A stretch of DNA of 64,000 nt, taken from the NCBI RefSeq assembly GCF_020745735.1, contig NC_083430.1, positions 26,402,909-26,466,908 of the forward strand. Direction: 5' to 3'. The stretch comes from Hemiscyllium ocellatum. Taxonomy: Eukaryota. Made by a program: the position numbers and the translations under genes. Position 1 is the stretch's first letter. Each line of letters opens with the position of its first letter. Below, in pieces: positions 39,955 through 51,098 of the stretch. A model generated the notes under the pieces. The model was not told the DNA's origin. It made no database searches and saw only the letters and a program-made list of their open reading frames with translations.

Positions 39955-40722
39955 AAGGGTGTATGGAGACCAAAGATGGCCAGGGCCCGAAGGGACTTGA
40001 TGTACAAAGCTCTGGGCAATGGGGGAAAAAACACACCAAATGCCACCCTCACCTTAATGGCCACCTTTGTGTGTGGCTGCATCAAGCTGTGCGTGGATCC
40101 CCAGTACGCAAACACCAAGTGTCACTACGTGCTAAGGTTCTACCCATCCCCGGTGTTGTGAAGGATAGGCCTGGCCTCGCTACCGCGGAACGCTCCAAGT
40201 AGTTGGACCATTCCGTATCAACTGTCCTTCATAGAAAAATTTATGAAGAAAAACACCTTTGACCACAGGTCCATCAGGAAGTGGTCAGCACGTAGTGTCC
40301 TTGAGACCCTTCGGGTAAAGGAGAGGGCAGATCCTGTTGAGAGGTTCCCTGGGCAGACTGTCAAAATCATTTGGCAGAATGCCTCATTGCCAGAACTTTC
40401 CAATAAGCACCAAGACATGGCTTGGCTGGTGGTGAAAAGGGCTCTGCCTGTGAGATCCTTTATGCACGCCCAGACTCTCTGCCGCACCGCACGCTGCCCT
40501 CGAAGCAGCTGTGGAGGGAAAGAGACTGTCACACACCTCCTACCTAGGAATGTGCCTATGCAAAGGATGTCTGGAGATGAATGCAGTGGTGTTTGTCAAG
40601 GTTCATCCTGAGCAGCTCCGTGACGCGGGACTCCGTGCTCTACAGTCTGTTCCCCAGGATGCACTCCGATATGAGCATCAACTGTGCCTGGAGGATCATC
40701 AACTCAGTCAAAGACAATCTTT
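39955..40722 (+). mobile_element. Tx1-clade LINE ORF2 fragment (post-RT zinc-binding region) inside the Gypsy integrase
   Basis: IWQNAS..HQDMAWLVVKRALPVR..CPRSSCGGKETVTHLL..C (CCHC zf-RVT-type motif). Confidence 0.75.
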
Positions 40723-42044
40723 TCAAAGCCACACAGGTCCAGAAGGAAGTGGATGCGATGCTCAACAAAGATATCATTGAACTGAGTCAGGTCGAGTGGA
40801 GTTTGCAGATCATTTTAGTTCCCAAACCTGACAGGACTCAAAAAGATTTTGTGTGCACTATTGGAAGGTCAATACCATAGCAAAATTGGATGCATACCCA
40901 ATACCACAATTGGAGGACTGTATAGAGAAAGTTGGACAAGCCACTTACATCACAAAGTTGGACTTACTGTGTGGTTTTTGGCAGGTACCTTTATCAGAGA
41001 AAGCAAAAAGAAATGGGTTATATCAATTCAAAATGATACCCTTTGGAATGAAGAACGCAAAAGCCACATTCCAAGGACTCTTGAACAGAGTTGTGGCTGG
41101 ATTAATAAACTGTGCAGTCTATCTGAACGATGTAGTGACATTTAGTGAGTTATGGAAAGATCACATGGTACAGTTGGCAGAGACCTTTGAACAATTAAGA
41201 GAAGCAAAATTGATAATAAACTTAAATAAAACAGAATTTACAAAAGCAGAAGTGACGTTCTTTGGACATAACGTTGGTCATGGAAGGTTGACCCCAAGGA
41301 ATGCAAAGGTGATGGCCATCGAAGAATTTCCATAACCAACCTTGAAGAATGAGGTGCTTTGATTTTTGGGACTAGGCAGATTCTACCAGAAATGTGTTCC
41401 AAACTTCAGCAGCATTGTGGCATTGTTAACAGATTTGCTGAAGAAGAACAATGCTAGAAGGCATTTGACAATTTAAAAGCAATATTATCCACTGCACCAG
41501 TTTTAGCTTGAAATCCTTCAAAGTTGCAATCGATGCTAGTGACATAGTGGTTGGAGCTGTCCAGCTACAGGAAGACGATAATGGAATTGAATGGCCAGTT
41601 GGTTACTTTTCAAAGAAACTCAGCGTTCACTGGAGAAATTACTCTACCATTGAAAAGGAATTATTGAGTTTGCTAACATTATAATGTTTATGTGATGAAC
41701 AGTGTGTCGGAGACAGTTGTGTACACGGATCACAATTCTCTTACATTCTTGGAATGATTTAAAGACAAGAATATGAGACTATCTCATTAGAGTCTGCTAT
41801 TATAGACTTTAAATTTACACATTGAATATGTTGTGGGTCGTAAGAATGTGATAGCAGATGCGTTATTGTGGATTTAATGGATTAAGTATAGATAAGATTA
41901 AACAGATACCAATATTTTATGTGCAGAAATTAATGTGAAGTTAGCTTATTGTCCTATGTACTTCATGGTAATGGAGTTAAGAATTAGAAAAAATATGAAG
42001 CCATCTTTTCATTTTGATGGTTCATTTTTTCTTTGGGTGGGAGG

Positions 42045-42778
42045 TGTTTTGAAGTTGAAGGAGTGTATTGTACCTTTAAGAGAGAGTGAAAGCTGTTTTG
42101 CCTTAAGAGCTTGCAGGAACCTGACTAGCTGTCTCAGAGTGTACTGGAAAATTGAAAATTGTAACATTTGGCTATAACCTAGATACATCAATTGTTTTGA
42201 CCACCATTTGAATCTAACCAATCAGTTTAAATTATGCCCCAGAATACTAACACCCAATCAAGTTTGAATTTATTGTTTTCGACATCAAATCAATGAGATG
42301 ATCCGATGTTTGGGGTATGAAAAAGCTGGCATTTTGAGAGTTAGCCAGAGAAAGAGCTATCTCCAGAGTAACTGTGAGCAATACACTCTCTATCAAAGGT
42401 ACTTTTCTCATATGAAACATCTTTGCAGCAAAAGATAGAAGATGATCCAAGGAGATCTACAGCAAGAGGAAGAGCAAGAGATGACAGCCACTGTCTGATT
42501 ATGAAAATTAAGTAGATGTAATTTTTAATACGGGTGGTTATTGGAAAAGTATAGAGTTGGAGGTAGATAGCAAACATTTAAGAGAAAGGAGACTTAGAAT
42601 TGTAAATAGTTGTTGTTTAATGTTCACTTTTAGAGTTAAAAAATAAATTTTTTTTTACTTTAAATATTGGAAGTTGGGAGTTCTCTGCCACTCATACTTT
42701 TAACAGATTACAAGGCAAGGTGAGCTTTTCTGGGTGTTTGATTTAATTAGCAGAAGGATTCACCACCATGTCATAACA
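42045..42778 (+). repeat. 3' LTR of the Gypsy element (734 bp)
   Basis: Preceded by polypurine tract gggtgggagg; termini TGTTTTGA...TCATAACA (TG..CA, 7/8 inverted match). Confidence 0.8.
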
Positions 42779-42894
42779 ATTATAAATACAAGAACACAAA
42801 GTCATTTGGTTTGTGGTTGAAATGTTTCTTCAAGTGTCACACTACTAAGATTTATTTGTTGATCATTTTAAGTTATCCACAAAAGTAACATCCA

Positions 42895-44760
42895 GGAATC
42901 AAGTGGGCTAAAAGGGGTCATAAAATAGCTTTAGTGAGCAGAATTAAGGGGAATCCCAAAGCCTTTTATTCTTATATAAGAAGCAAGCGGGTAACTAGAG
43001 AAAGGATTGGTCCACTAAAGGATAATGACAGAAGGCTGTGCGTCGAACCTGAGAGAGTGGGTGAGATTCTGAACGATCTTGCATTCAGTGTGCACTGAGG
43101 AGAGGGACATGATGAATATTGAGATTAGAGATAGAAGTTGGATTAGTCTGGATCACGTTGACATAAGTGGGTAGGCTAGAGACTATTAAAGTGAACAAAT
43201 CCCCAGGACCAGATAGGATCTATCCCAGGTTGCTGAGGGAGGCAAGAGGGAGGCAAGAGAAAAAATAGCTGGGGCCCTGACAGATATCTTTGTGGCATCC
43301 TTAAACACAAGTGAGGTGCTGACGGAAGAGAGGGTTGCTCATATTGTCCCCCTGTACAAGAAGGGTAATAGGGATATTCCAGGCAACTATAGACCAGTGA
43401 GCCTGACGTCATTGGTGGGAAAGTTGCTGGAGAAGGTACTGAGGGATAAAAATTATGTATATTTAGAAAATAATGGGCTTATCAGTGATAGACAACATGT
43501 TTTTGTGCGGGAGAGACCGTGCCTTACCAGCTTAATAGAGTTCTTTGAGGAAGTGACCGAGTTGATAGATGAAGGAAAGGCTGTAGATGTCATATACATG
43601 GACTTTAGTAAGGCGTCCGATAAGGTTCCCCATTGTAAACAAATAGAGAAAGTGAAGGCACATGGTGTGCATAGCTAGATGGATAAAGAACTGGTTGAGT
43701 AACAGGAGACAGACAGTAGTAGTTGAAGGGAGTTTCTCAAAATGGAGAAAGGTGACCAGTGATGTTCCACAGGGATCAGTGCTGGGGCCACTGTTGTTTG
43801 TGGTATACATAAATGATCTGGAAGAGGGCACTATTAGTATGATCAGCAAGTTTGCAGATGACACAAAGGTTGGTGGAGTAGCAGAAAGTATAAAGAACTG
43901 TCAAAGAATACAGGAGAATATAGATAGACTGGACAATTGGGCAGATAATTGGCAGATAGAGTTCAATCCAGGCAAATTTGAGGTGATGCATTTTGGGAAG
44001 TCTAATTCTAGAGTGAATTATACAGTAAACAGAAGAGCCTTGGGAAAAGTTGATGAGCAGAGAGATCTGGGAGTGCAGGACCATTGTACCCTGAAGGTGG
44101 CTGCACAGGTGGACAGAGTAGTCAAGAAGGCATACGGTATGCTTGCCTTCATCGGACGGGTTATTGAGTATAAGAGCTGGCAGGTCATGTTAAAATTGTA
44201 CATGACGTTGGTTTGGCCGCATTTAGAATACTGTGTACAATTCTGGTTGCCACATTACCAAAAGGATGTGGACACTTTGGAGAGGGTGCAGAGAAGGTTT
44301 ACAAGGATATTGCCTGGTATGGAAGGTGCTAGCTATGAAGAGAGGCTGAGTAGGTTAGGTTTGTTTTCATTAGAAAAAAGGAGATTGAGGGGGTACCTGA
44401 TTGAAGTCTACAAAATCATGAAGGTTGTAGACAGACTAGATAGAGATACGTTTTTTCCCAGTGAAAGATTCAATAATGAGGGGTCACGCTTTCAAAGTGA
44501 GAGGTGAAAAGTTTAAGGGGAATACACACGGCAAGTACTTTACACAGAGGGTGGTAGGTGTCTGGAACGTGTCGTCAACAGAAGTAGTAGAGGTAAGCAC
44601 AGTAGATTCATTTAAGATGCATCTGAACAGATGCATGAGTAGGTGGGGAGTAGGGTGATACAGATGCTTAGGAATTGGGCGACAGGTTTACACGGTAGAT
44701 TTGGATTGGCTCAGTCTTGGAAGGCTGAAGGAACAGGCTGTAAGTTTTCTTTGTTCTTTG
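42895..44760 (+). mobile_element. CR1 LINE ORF2 (reverse transcriptase) 3' half
   Basis: GNYRPVSLTS..GKLLE; YMDFSKA; VPQGSVLGPLLF..YINDL; KFADD; frameshifted; ttgttctttg tail. Confidence 0.92.
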
Positions 44761-45341
44761 AAGAACTCAAGTGTTTACTTTGGAGTTTCAAATGATACAA
44801 AACTTTTAATGAGTTTACTTTCTTTAATCAGGCACTATTTAATGTGTTAAATGATTGCAATATATTTATTTGATGCACTGAGCATCAACATGCTACTTGG
44901 ACCTTCTACCAAAGTCTTCATGCATTGATGTTTTGGCACGCAGGAAGACTTTGGCAGAAGTGTTTGCTGTGTAAGCTGCAGCCACATGGTACCAGGAGTG
45001 AGATTGACGTAACAATGTGCTGTCCAGCAAAATGTCTGCTATCTTGACTGAGGACTCCTGACCAACAAGGCAAAACACCATGACTACATCAAGATACAAA
45101 GCAAAACAGGGCAAACAAGAGATACCATGATTTGCACGTTTCCAGACTGATTTCTCATCCTAAAAGAAATCACAGGACTGACCCACATCCCTTTATTTCA
45201 AAATCCAAAAGTAAATATTTATTGGTGGCCACTCAAAAAAGCCACGTAACTTTTAATCTAGGATGGGACCATGAGAAACAAAGTACTCCTCTTGGATCTC
45301 TGTCAAGAATTCTCATGCATTGTTGACAAGCTTACCTTACT

Positions 45342-45470
45342 ACTGATGAAGGGCTTATGCTCGAAACGTCGAATTCCTATTCCTGAGATGCTGCCTGGCC
45401 TGCTGTGCTTTCAACAGCAACACATTTTCAGCTGTGATCTCCAGCATCTGCAGACCTCATTTTTTACTCG
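45342..45470 (+). mobile_element. Short Penelope 3'-end insertion starting at a hammerhead core
   Basis: 14-bp TSD AAGCTTACCTTACT (45328-45341, 45471-45484); CUGAUGA-A-GGGC uuau GCUC-GAAA-CGUC. Confidence 0.8.
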
Positions 45471-45531
45471 AAGCTTACCTTACTGCCTAAGATTTCACCT
45501 CTGCACTGTTGTAGTCAAGCCTGACCCTGCC

Positions 45532-46399
45532 AGAACAAAGAACAATACAGCGCAGTACAGGCCCTTCGACTCTCGATGTTGTGCCGATCCAAGCCCACCT
45601 AACCTACACTAGCTCACTTTTCTCCGTATGCCTATCCAATGTGCGTTTAAATGCCCATAAAGAGGGAAAGTCCACCACTGTTACTGGCAGGGCATTCCAT
45701 GAACTCACGACTCGCTGAGTAAAGAATCTACCTCTAACATCAGTCCCATACCTACCACCCCTTAATTTAAAGCTATGCCCCCTCGTAATATCTGACTCCA
45801 CACGTGGAAAAAGGTTCTCATGGTCAACCCTATCTAAACCCCTAATCATCTTGTACACCTCTATCAAGTCACCCCTAAACCTTCTTTTCTCCAATGAAAA
45901 CAGCCCCAAGCCTTTCCTCATACGATCTTCCTACCATACCAGGCAACATCCTGGTAAACCTCCTTTGCACCCGTTCCAGTGCCTCCACATCCTTCCTATA
46001 GTATGGTGACCAAAACTACACACAATACTCCAGATGCGGCCGCACCAGTGTCTTATACAACTGCAACATGACCTCAGGACTCCGGAACTCAATTCCTCTA
46101 CCAATAAAAGCCAGTACGCCATATGCCTTCTTCACAGCACAGGGTGGCAACTTTCAGAGATCGGTGTACATGATCCCTCTGCTCATCCACACTACCAAGT
46201 ATCCGACCATTAGCCCAGTACTCCATCTTCATGTTACTCTTACCAAAGTGAATCACTTCACACTTAGCTACATTGAACTCCATTTGCCACCTTTCTGCCC
46301 AGCTCTGCAGCTTATCTATGTCCTGCTGTAACCTGCCACATCCTTCCTCACTGTCAACAACTCAGACTTTTCATATCATCCGCAAACTTGCTCACCCAA
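45532..46399 (-). mobile_element. Young CR1 LINE 3' fragment (same subfamily as 34999-35653)
   Basis: MEFNVAKCEVIHFG..; RGDLIEVYKMIRGLDRVD; long near-identical stretches with the 35 kb copy. Confidence 0.9.
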
Positions 46400-46446
46400 G
46401 TCCCTCCTCCCTACCTTTATCTTAGCCTGCCTTGCACCCTCTCCTC

Positions 46447-46482
46447 ATTCCTGATGAAAGGCTGATGCCCGAAACGTCGAAT
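46447..46482 (+). ncRNA. Minimal type I hammerhead ribozyme motif in a Neptune-type PLE 3' end (46400-46580)
   Basis: AUUC-CUGAUGA-A-aGGC ugau GCCc-GAAA-CG-UC-GAAU. Stem I AUUC/GAAU is perfect, with the ACGU palindrome in helix III. Confidence 0.7.
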
Positions 46483-46581
46483 TTCCTCTTCCTTGGATGC
46501 TGCCTGACCTGCTGTGCTTTAACCAGCAACACATTTTCAACGGTGATCTCCAGCATCTGCAGACCTCATTTTTTACTCATG

Positions 46582-46910
46582 GATTAGATTGAGACTTTTC
46601 CCTGGTATAGGGAAGTCCAGAAACAGACATCACAGATTTAGGGTGAATGGGGTAAAAATACAAAAAGGAACCTCAAGGGTCAACTTTTTCCACAGAGGGT
46701 GATTCGTGCATGGAATGAGCCAGCAGATGAAGTGGTGGAGGCTGGTTAAATTGCAACATTAAAACAGCTGGTTAGGTATACAAATAGGAAGGGTTGAAAG
46801 GAATATGGGTCAAACTCTGGCAAATGGGACTAGATTAGATTGGGATATCTGATTGGCATGGATGAGGTGAACCGAAGAGTCTGTTTCTGTGTTGTACATC
46901 TGACTCTAAG
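46582..46910 (+). mobile_element. CR1 LINE 3' end (decayed)
   Basis: Matches other CR1 tails (cacagagggtg..tggaatgagc..gaagtggtggaggctgg). Confidence 0.7.
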
Positions 46911-47668
46911 ATCATAAATATTCCAGCTAGCTGCCGTACCCAAGCCGTTAACACACCTATGAAGAAAAACCAAATCCTATCCGTGTGAATTCAATGGCCA
47001 GTCCTAAAGAGAGACACTTAAGTTTCACTGTATTGCCTAGGTTTAAATCTCATGCAAAGAAAAATCCTATTCGCATCCACTCTAAGATCACCTCATTCTT
47101 CTAAACTCCATCAAGTAGACAGAGTAACTAATAAATGAAAGCAATTGATCTAGACGTCAGCTCAGACCAAACCACTCAGAACCACCACTATCTCAAGTAA
47201 CAATTTGCACTACCAAGTACAAGGCCAACAGTATGGCAGCTAAAATGTTCCGATCTACCCATACACTAATAACCATCTTGCTATCAGCAAGAAGAAAAAA
47301 AACAGCATAGTTAAATAAAGTTTTGTCTGCATTTATAGCTGCAACTTTAAATCTCTTTCAATAAATGGTACTAAATTGTTTTTGGTCTTTAGAATCTACC
47401 AACTTGAAATTGCGATTTTTAAATCATCACACTTCATTCTGTTCACCATCCAATTCTTTACTGGTGCTCTCATGTTATTTCTATTGTACTTGTACTTTTG
47501 AAGTGGTATCTCATTGAAGGCCTGTTAGAAATCTCTTTGCTTCCTTAAGTCAGATGTTGCTTAACGAAAAAAAAATCTTAAAAAATATTAAAAAGACAGT
47601 CAGTTTTAAGACTAGAATGCACTATGGGAGATTAATGTACACTTAACACATTCTGGATGTTCATTAGT

Positions 47669-47674
47669 TTTAAT
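47669..47674 (-). terminator. eEF1A polyadenylation signal (ATTAAA)
   Basis: ATTAAA on the minus strand about 220 nt after the stop codon. Confidence 0.55.
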
Positions 47675-47893
47675 TGTTACACAACCATAATAGTTATTAA
47701 TCACTCAAATGAAAAAGGGCATTTGCAATGACACTGATTCCTTCATTCCTCCTTTCCTTCTGAATTTTTTGCGATGCATCTTGATCAATATCCAGTCTCT
47801 CATCAATACACATATTTGGCTGGTAACGAACAAACATTTTGGTGGCATCAGTCTCGACAGGGCTTGCTGAACTAGAGTGATTGATAGTGATAT

Positions 47894-48012
47894 TCACTTC
47901 TTTAAACATTTAGTTGCAGCCTTGGTAGCTTTCACAGCTGTTTCTTTCTTAACAACAGACTTTATCACACCTACAGCCACAGTCTGTCTCATGTCACGGA
48001 CAGCAAAACGAC
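47894..48012 (-). CDS. EEF1A: Elongation factor 1-alpha, last exon
   Basis: (G)[41 protein letters not shown]. Confidence 0.95.
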
Positions 48013-48099
48013 CTGGACCAAAAACAAAGAACACTGTCAGTCCTGTGTACAAAGTAAATACACGCAATCTGATAGAAGAAAAACCAAAAAAAAACATAC

Positions 48100-48334
48100 C
48101 AAGAGGTGGATATGCACTAAAGCTTTCCACACACATTGGCTTGGATGGAATCATATCCACAATGGCTGCATCTCCAGATTTCACAAATTTGGGGCTATCT
48201 TCCAACTTCTTGCCAGAACGACGATCGATTTTCTCTTTCAGCTCACTAAACTTGCAGGCAACATGGGCAGTGTGACAATCAAGAACTGGGCTATAACCAG
48301 CAGAAATTTGGCCAGGGTGGTTCAGGATAATAAC
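48100..48334 (-). CDS. EEF1A: Elongation factor 1-alpha, exon 7
   Basis: [29 protein letters not shown]...[14 protein letters not shown], 235 nt. Confidence 0.96.
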
Positions 48335-48424
48335 CTAAAGAAATAATCAAAATATGGACTGAAATGCAACTTGGACAGATATACAAATTAACTACAAAAT
48401 AGTTAGATAGACAATACAACGATA

Positions 48425-48805
48425 TAGAGTGCAGTGCTGGAAAAGCACAGGTCTGGCAGCAGAGGAGAATTGATGATTTGGGCAAAAGCCCTTCATCAGG
48501 AATGAGGCTAGGAGCCTTGGGGGTGAGAGAGGTAGCTGAGACTGCAATAGGTGGATGGAGTTTGGATTAAAAGTGATAGGTCGCAGGGGAGGGTGGAGCA
48601 GATTGTTGGGAAGGAAGATAGACAGGTGAGACAAGTAATGAGGACAATGCTAAGCAGGAAGGTTGGAACTGGAGTGGGTAAATGAGAAAACTGAAATCCA
48701 CATTGATGCCATAGCATTGGTCGGTCCAGAGGTGGAAAGTGAGGGGGGGGGGGGGGGTGAAATTGGTGCTGATGTCCTAGATTTTCTCTGAAGCGCTCTG
48801 TGACA
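48425..48805 (-). mobile_element. Neptune-type PLE 3' fragment in eEF1A intron 6
   Basis: Reverse complement of the 29800-30130 type sequence, with a degenerate hammerhead (cctgatgaagggcttttgcccaaatcatc). Confidence 0.7.
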
Positions 48806-49140
48806 GTAGCTACCCAAGTCCAGACAGCTAACTATCTGTAGCCCTAGTATCTGTTGAAATATTTTGGTTTATAACATCCAAAGTCTTAAGGAATATTACA
48901 AACAAGGTACTGAGGAGCTGCCTATAGAGGGAAGATTACAACAATATTTATACACAAGGATGGGACATATCATGAACAATGATCAGAACAGGCCAAATTC
49001 CAGGAACCGATAATCACTAATGCTAAGTCAATACATAGGAGTTACTTCTTTCAAGTTCAAATCTCAGGATAACTGGTCAGCTGCAGAATAGGTACATTCA
49101 TACTAAAAATTATATTGAAACTTAACTAATATTGCCCCAC

Positions 49141-49397
49141 CTGTGCAATAAAGGAAGCTGCTTCCTGTGGAGGATCATTTTTGCTGTCACCAGCAACATT
49201 ACCACGGCGAATATCCTTCACAGAAACGTTCTTAACGTTGAAACCAACATTGTCACCAGGAGCAGCTTCTGAAAGAGCTTCATGATGCATTTCCACAGAC
49301 TTCACTTCAGTGATAATGCTAGCAGGAGCAAAGTGCACCACCATACCAGGTTTCAGAATACCTGTCTCAACGCGACCAACTGGTACTGTGCCAATAC
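49141..49397 (-). CDS. EEF1A: Elongation factor 1-alpha, exon 6
   Basis: (G)[50 protein letters not shown], 257 nt. Confidence 0.96.
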
Positions 49398-49525
49398 CTG
49401 TCACATACACAAAGAAAAAAGGAAGCAATTATAACTAGTGCTGACCTTCAAAACTGCATGTGCATTATGAATTCTAAATTCAAGATCTTTGACAAAACAT
49501 ATTCAGAAAATATAGCATAGCATAC

Positions 49526-49679
49526 CACCAATCTTGTAGACGTCCTGCAAGGGGAGACGTAGAGGTTTAGATAAGGGGCGTTCTGGAGGTCGAATGGAAT
49601 CTAGGGCGTCCAAAAGGGTACAGCCTGTTTTAGGTTCCTTACTCTTTTCATCACATTTCCAACCCTTGTACCAGCACAT
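49526..49679 (-). CDS. EEF1A: Elongation factor 1-alpha, exon 5 (missed by the ORF track)
   Basis: [51 protein letters not shown], 154 nt, AG/GT flanked. Confidence 0.95.
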
Positions 49680-49847
49680 CTTTGAAAAGAAAAATTAGCA
49701 TGCTAAAACATTTGCACTGACACCCAGAATTAAATTCATTTATTCCAATCCAAGAAAGAAACAAGAGTACTTAACAACTAACATCAATTGATTTTAAATA
49801 TATGCAAGCCAGACAAGTGACAATATACTGCATTACTACACACTTAC

Positions 49848-50144
49848 CTTCGGACTGCAGTCCAACATGTTGTCACCATGCCAACCAGAGATGGGAACAA
49901 AAGGAACAGAGTCTGGATTGTAGCCGATCTTCTTGATATACGTGCTAACTTCTTTTACAATTTCCTTAAATCTTGCGTCGCTGTATGGTGGTTCAGTGGA
50001 GTCCATCTTGTTGACACCAATAATGAGTTGCTTGACACCAAGTGTGTAGGCAAGCAGAGCATGCTCTCTTGTTTGTCCATTCTTTGATATACCAGCTTCA
50101 AACTCACCCACACCAGCAGCAACAATCAACACAGCACAGTCAGC
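49848..50144 (-). CDS. EEF1A: Elongation factor 1-alpha, exon 4
   Basis: [46 protein letters not shown], 297 nt. Confidence 0.96.
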
Positions 50145-50478
50145 CTAGGAGACAACAGATCCATAATAAAGGGTCAACATCTTCAAACAGCCACAATCTT
50201 AACAATACAGGCCTTGTTGGACATCAATTCTGCACGGGTTAGTTTGCTAACCCTGAAAAAGTGAACTGGTTGAGGATCAGTGCTAAGATCAAATATTTGC
50301 AAACATGCATGAATTACACGAAGGTACCAATTTGATAGGAAAGTAAACAGTGAGAAGTCCCATAATAAACAGAAACAAAAACAGGAAAGCAGTACTATGT
50401 ATTGTTAAGCAACATACATGCATTATAGAGGGAGTTCAAAGAGTTACACTGGGTTGAGAAGTGGTCATCTTATGACTA

Positions 50479-51098
<620 letters not shown>

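Larger units (their letters stand above)
36920..42778 (+). mobile_element. Decayed Gmr1-type Gypsy LTR retrotransposon (gag-PR-INT-RT-RNaseH-3'LTR), 5' LTR missing
   Basis: Gag zinc knuckle CFHCGKVGYVKSQC (~37948); integrase HHCC and core start (39588-39940); RT DAYPIP..KLDL..GFWQVP..YLNDVV (40853-41335); RNase H (AIDAS..GAV, YSTIEKEL, YTDHNSL); many stops and frameshifts. Confidence 0.88.

Noticed and set aside
47897-47908. C-terminal CLKK as a CaaX prenylation motif
   Set aside because: Lys at the a2 and X positions does not fit canonical CaaX substrates.
48743-48757. Poly-G run as a G-quadruplex element
   Set aside because: It lies inside a decayed PLE fragment; a simple homopolymer expansion or sequencing artefact.
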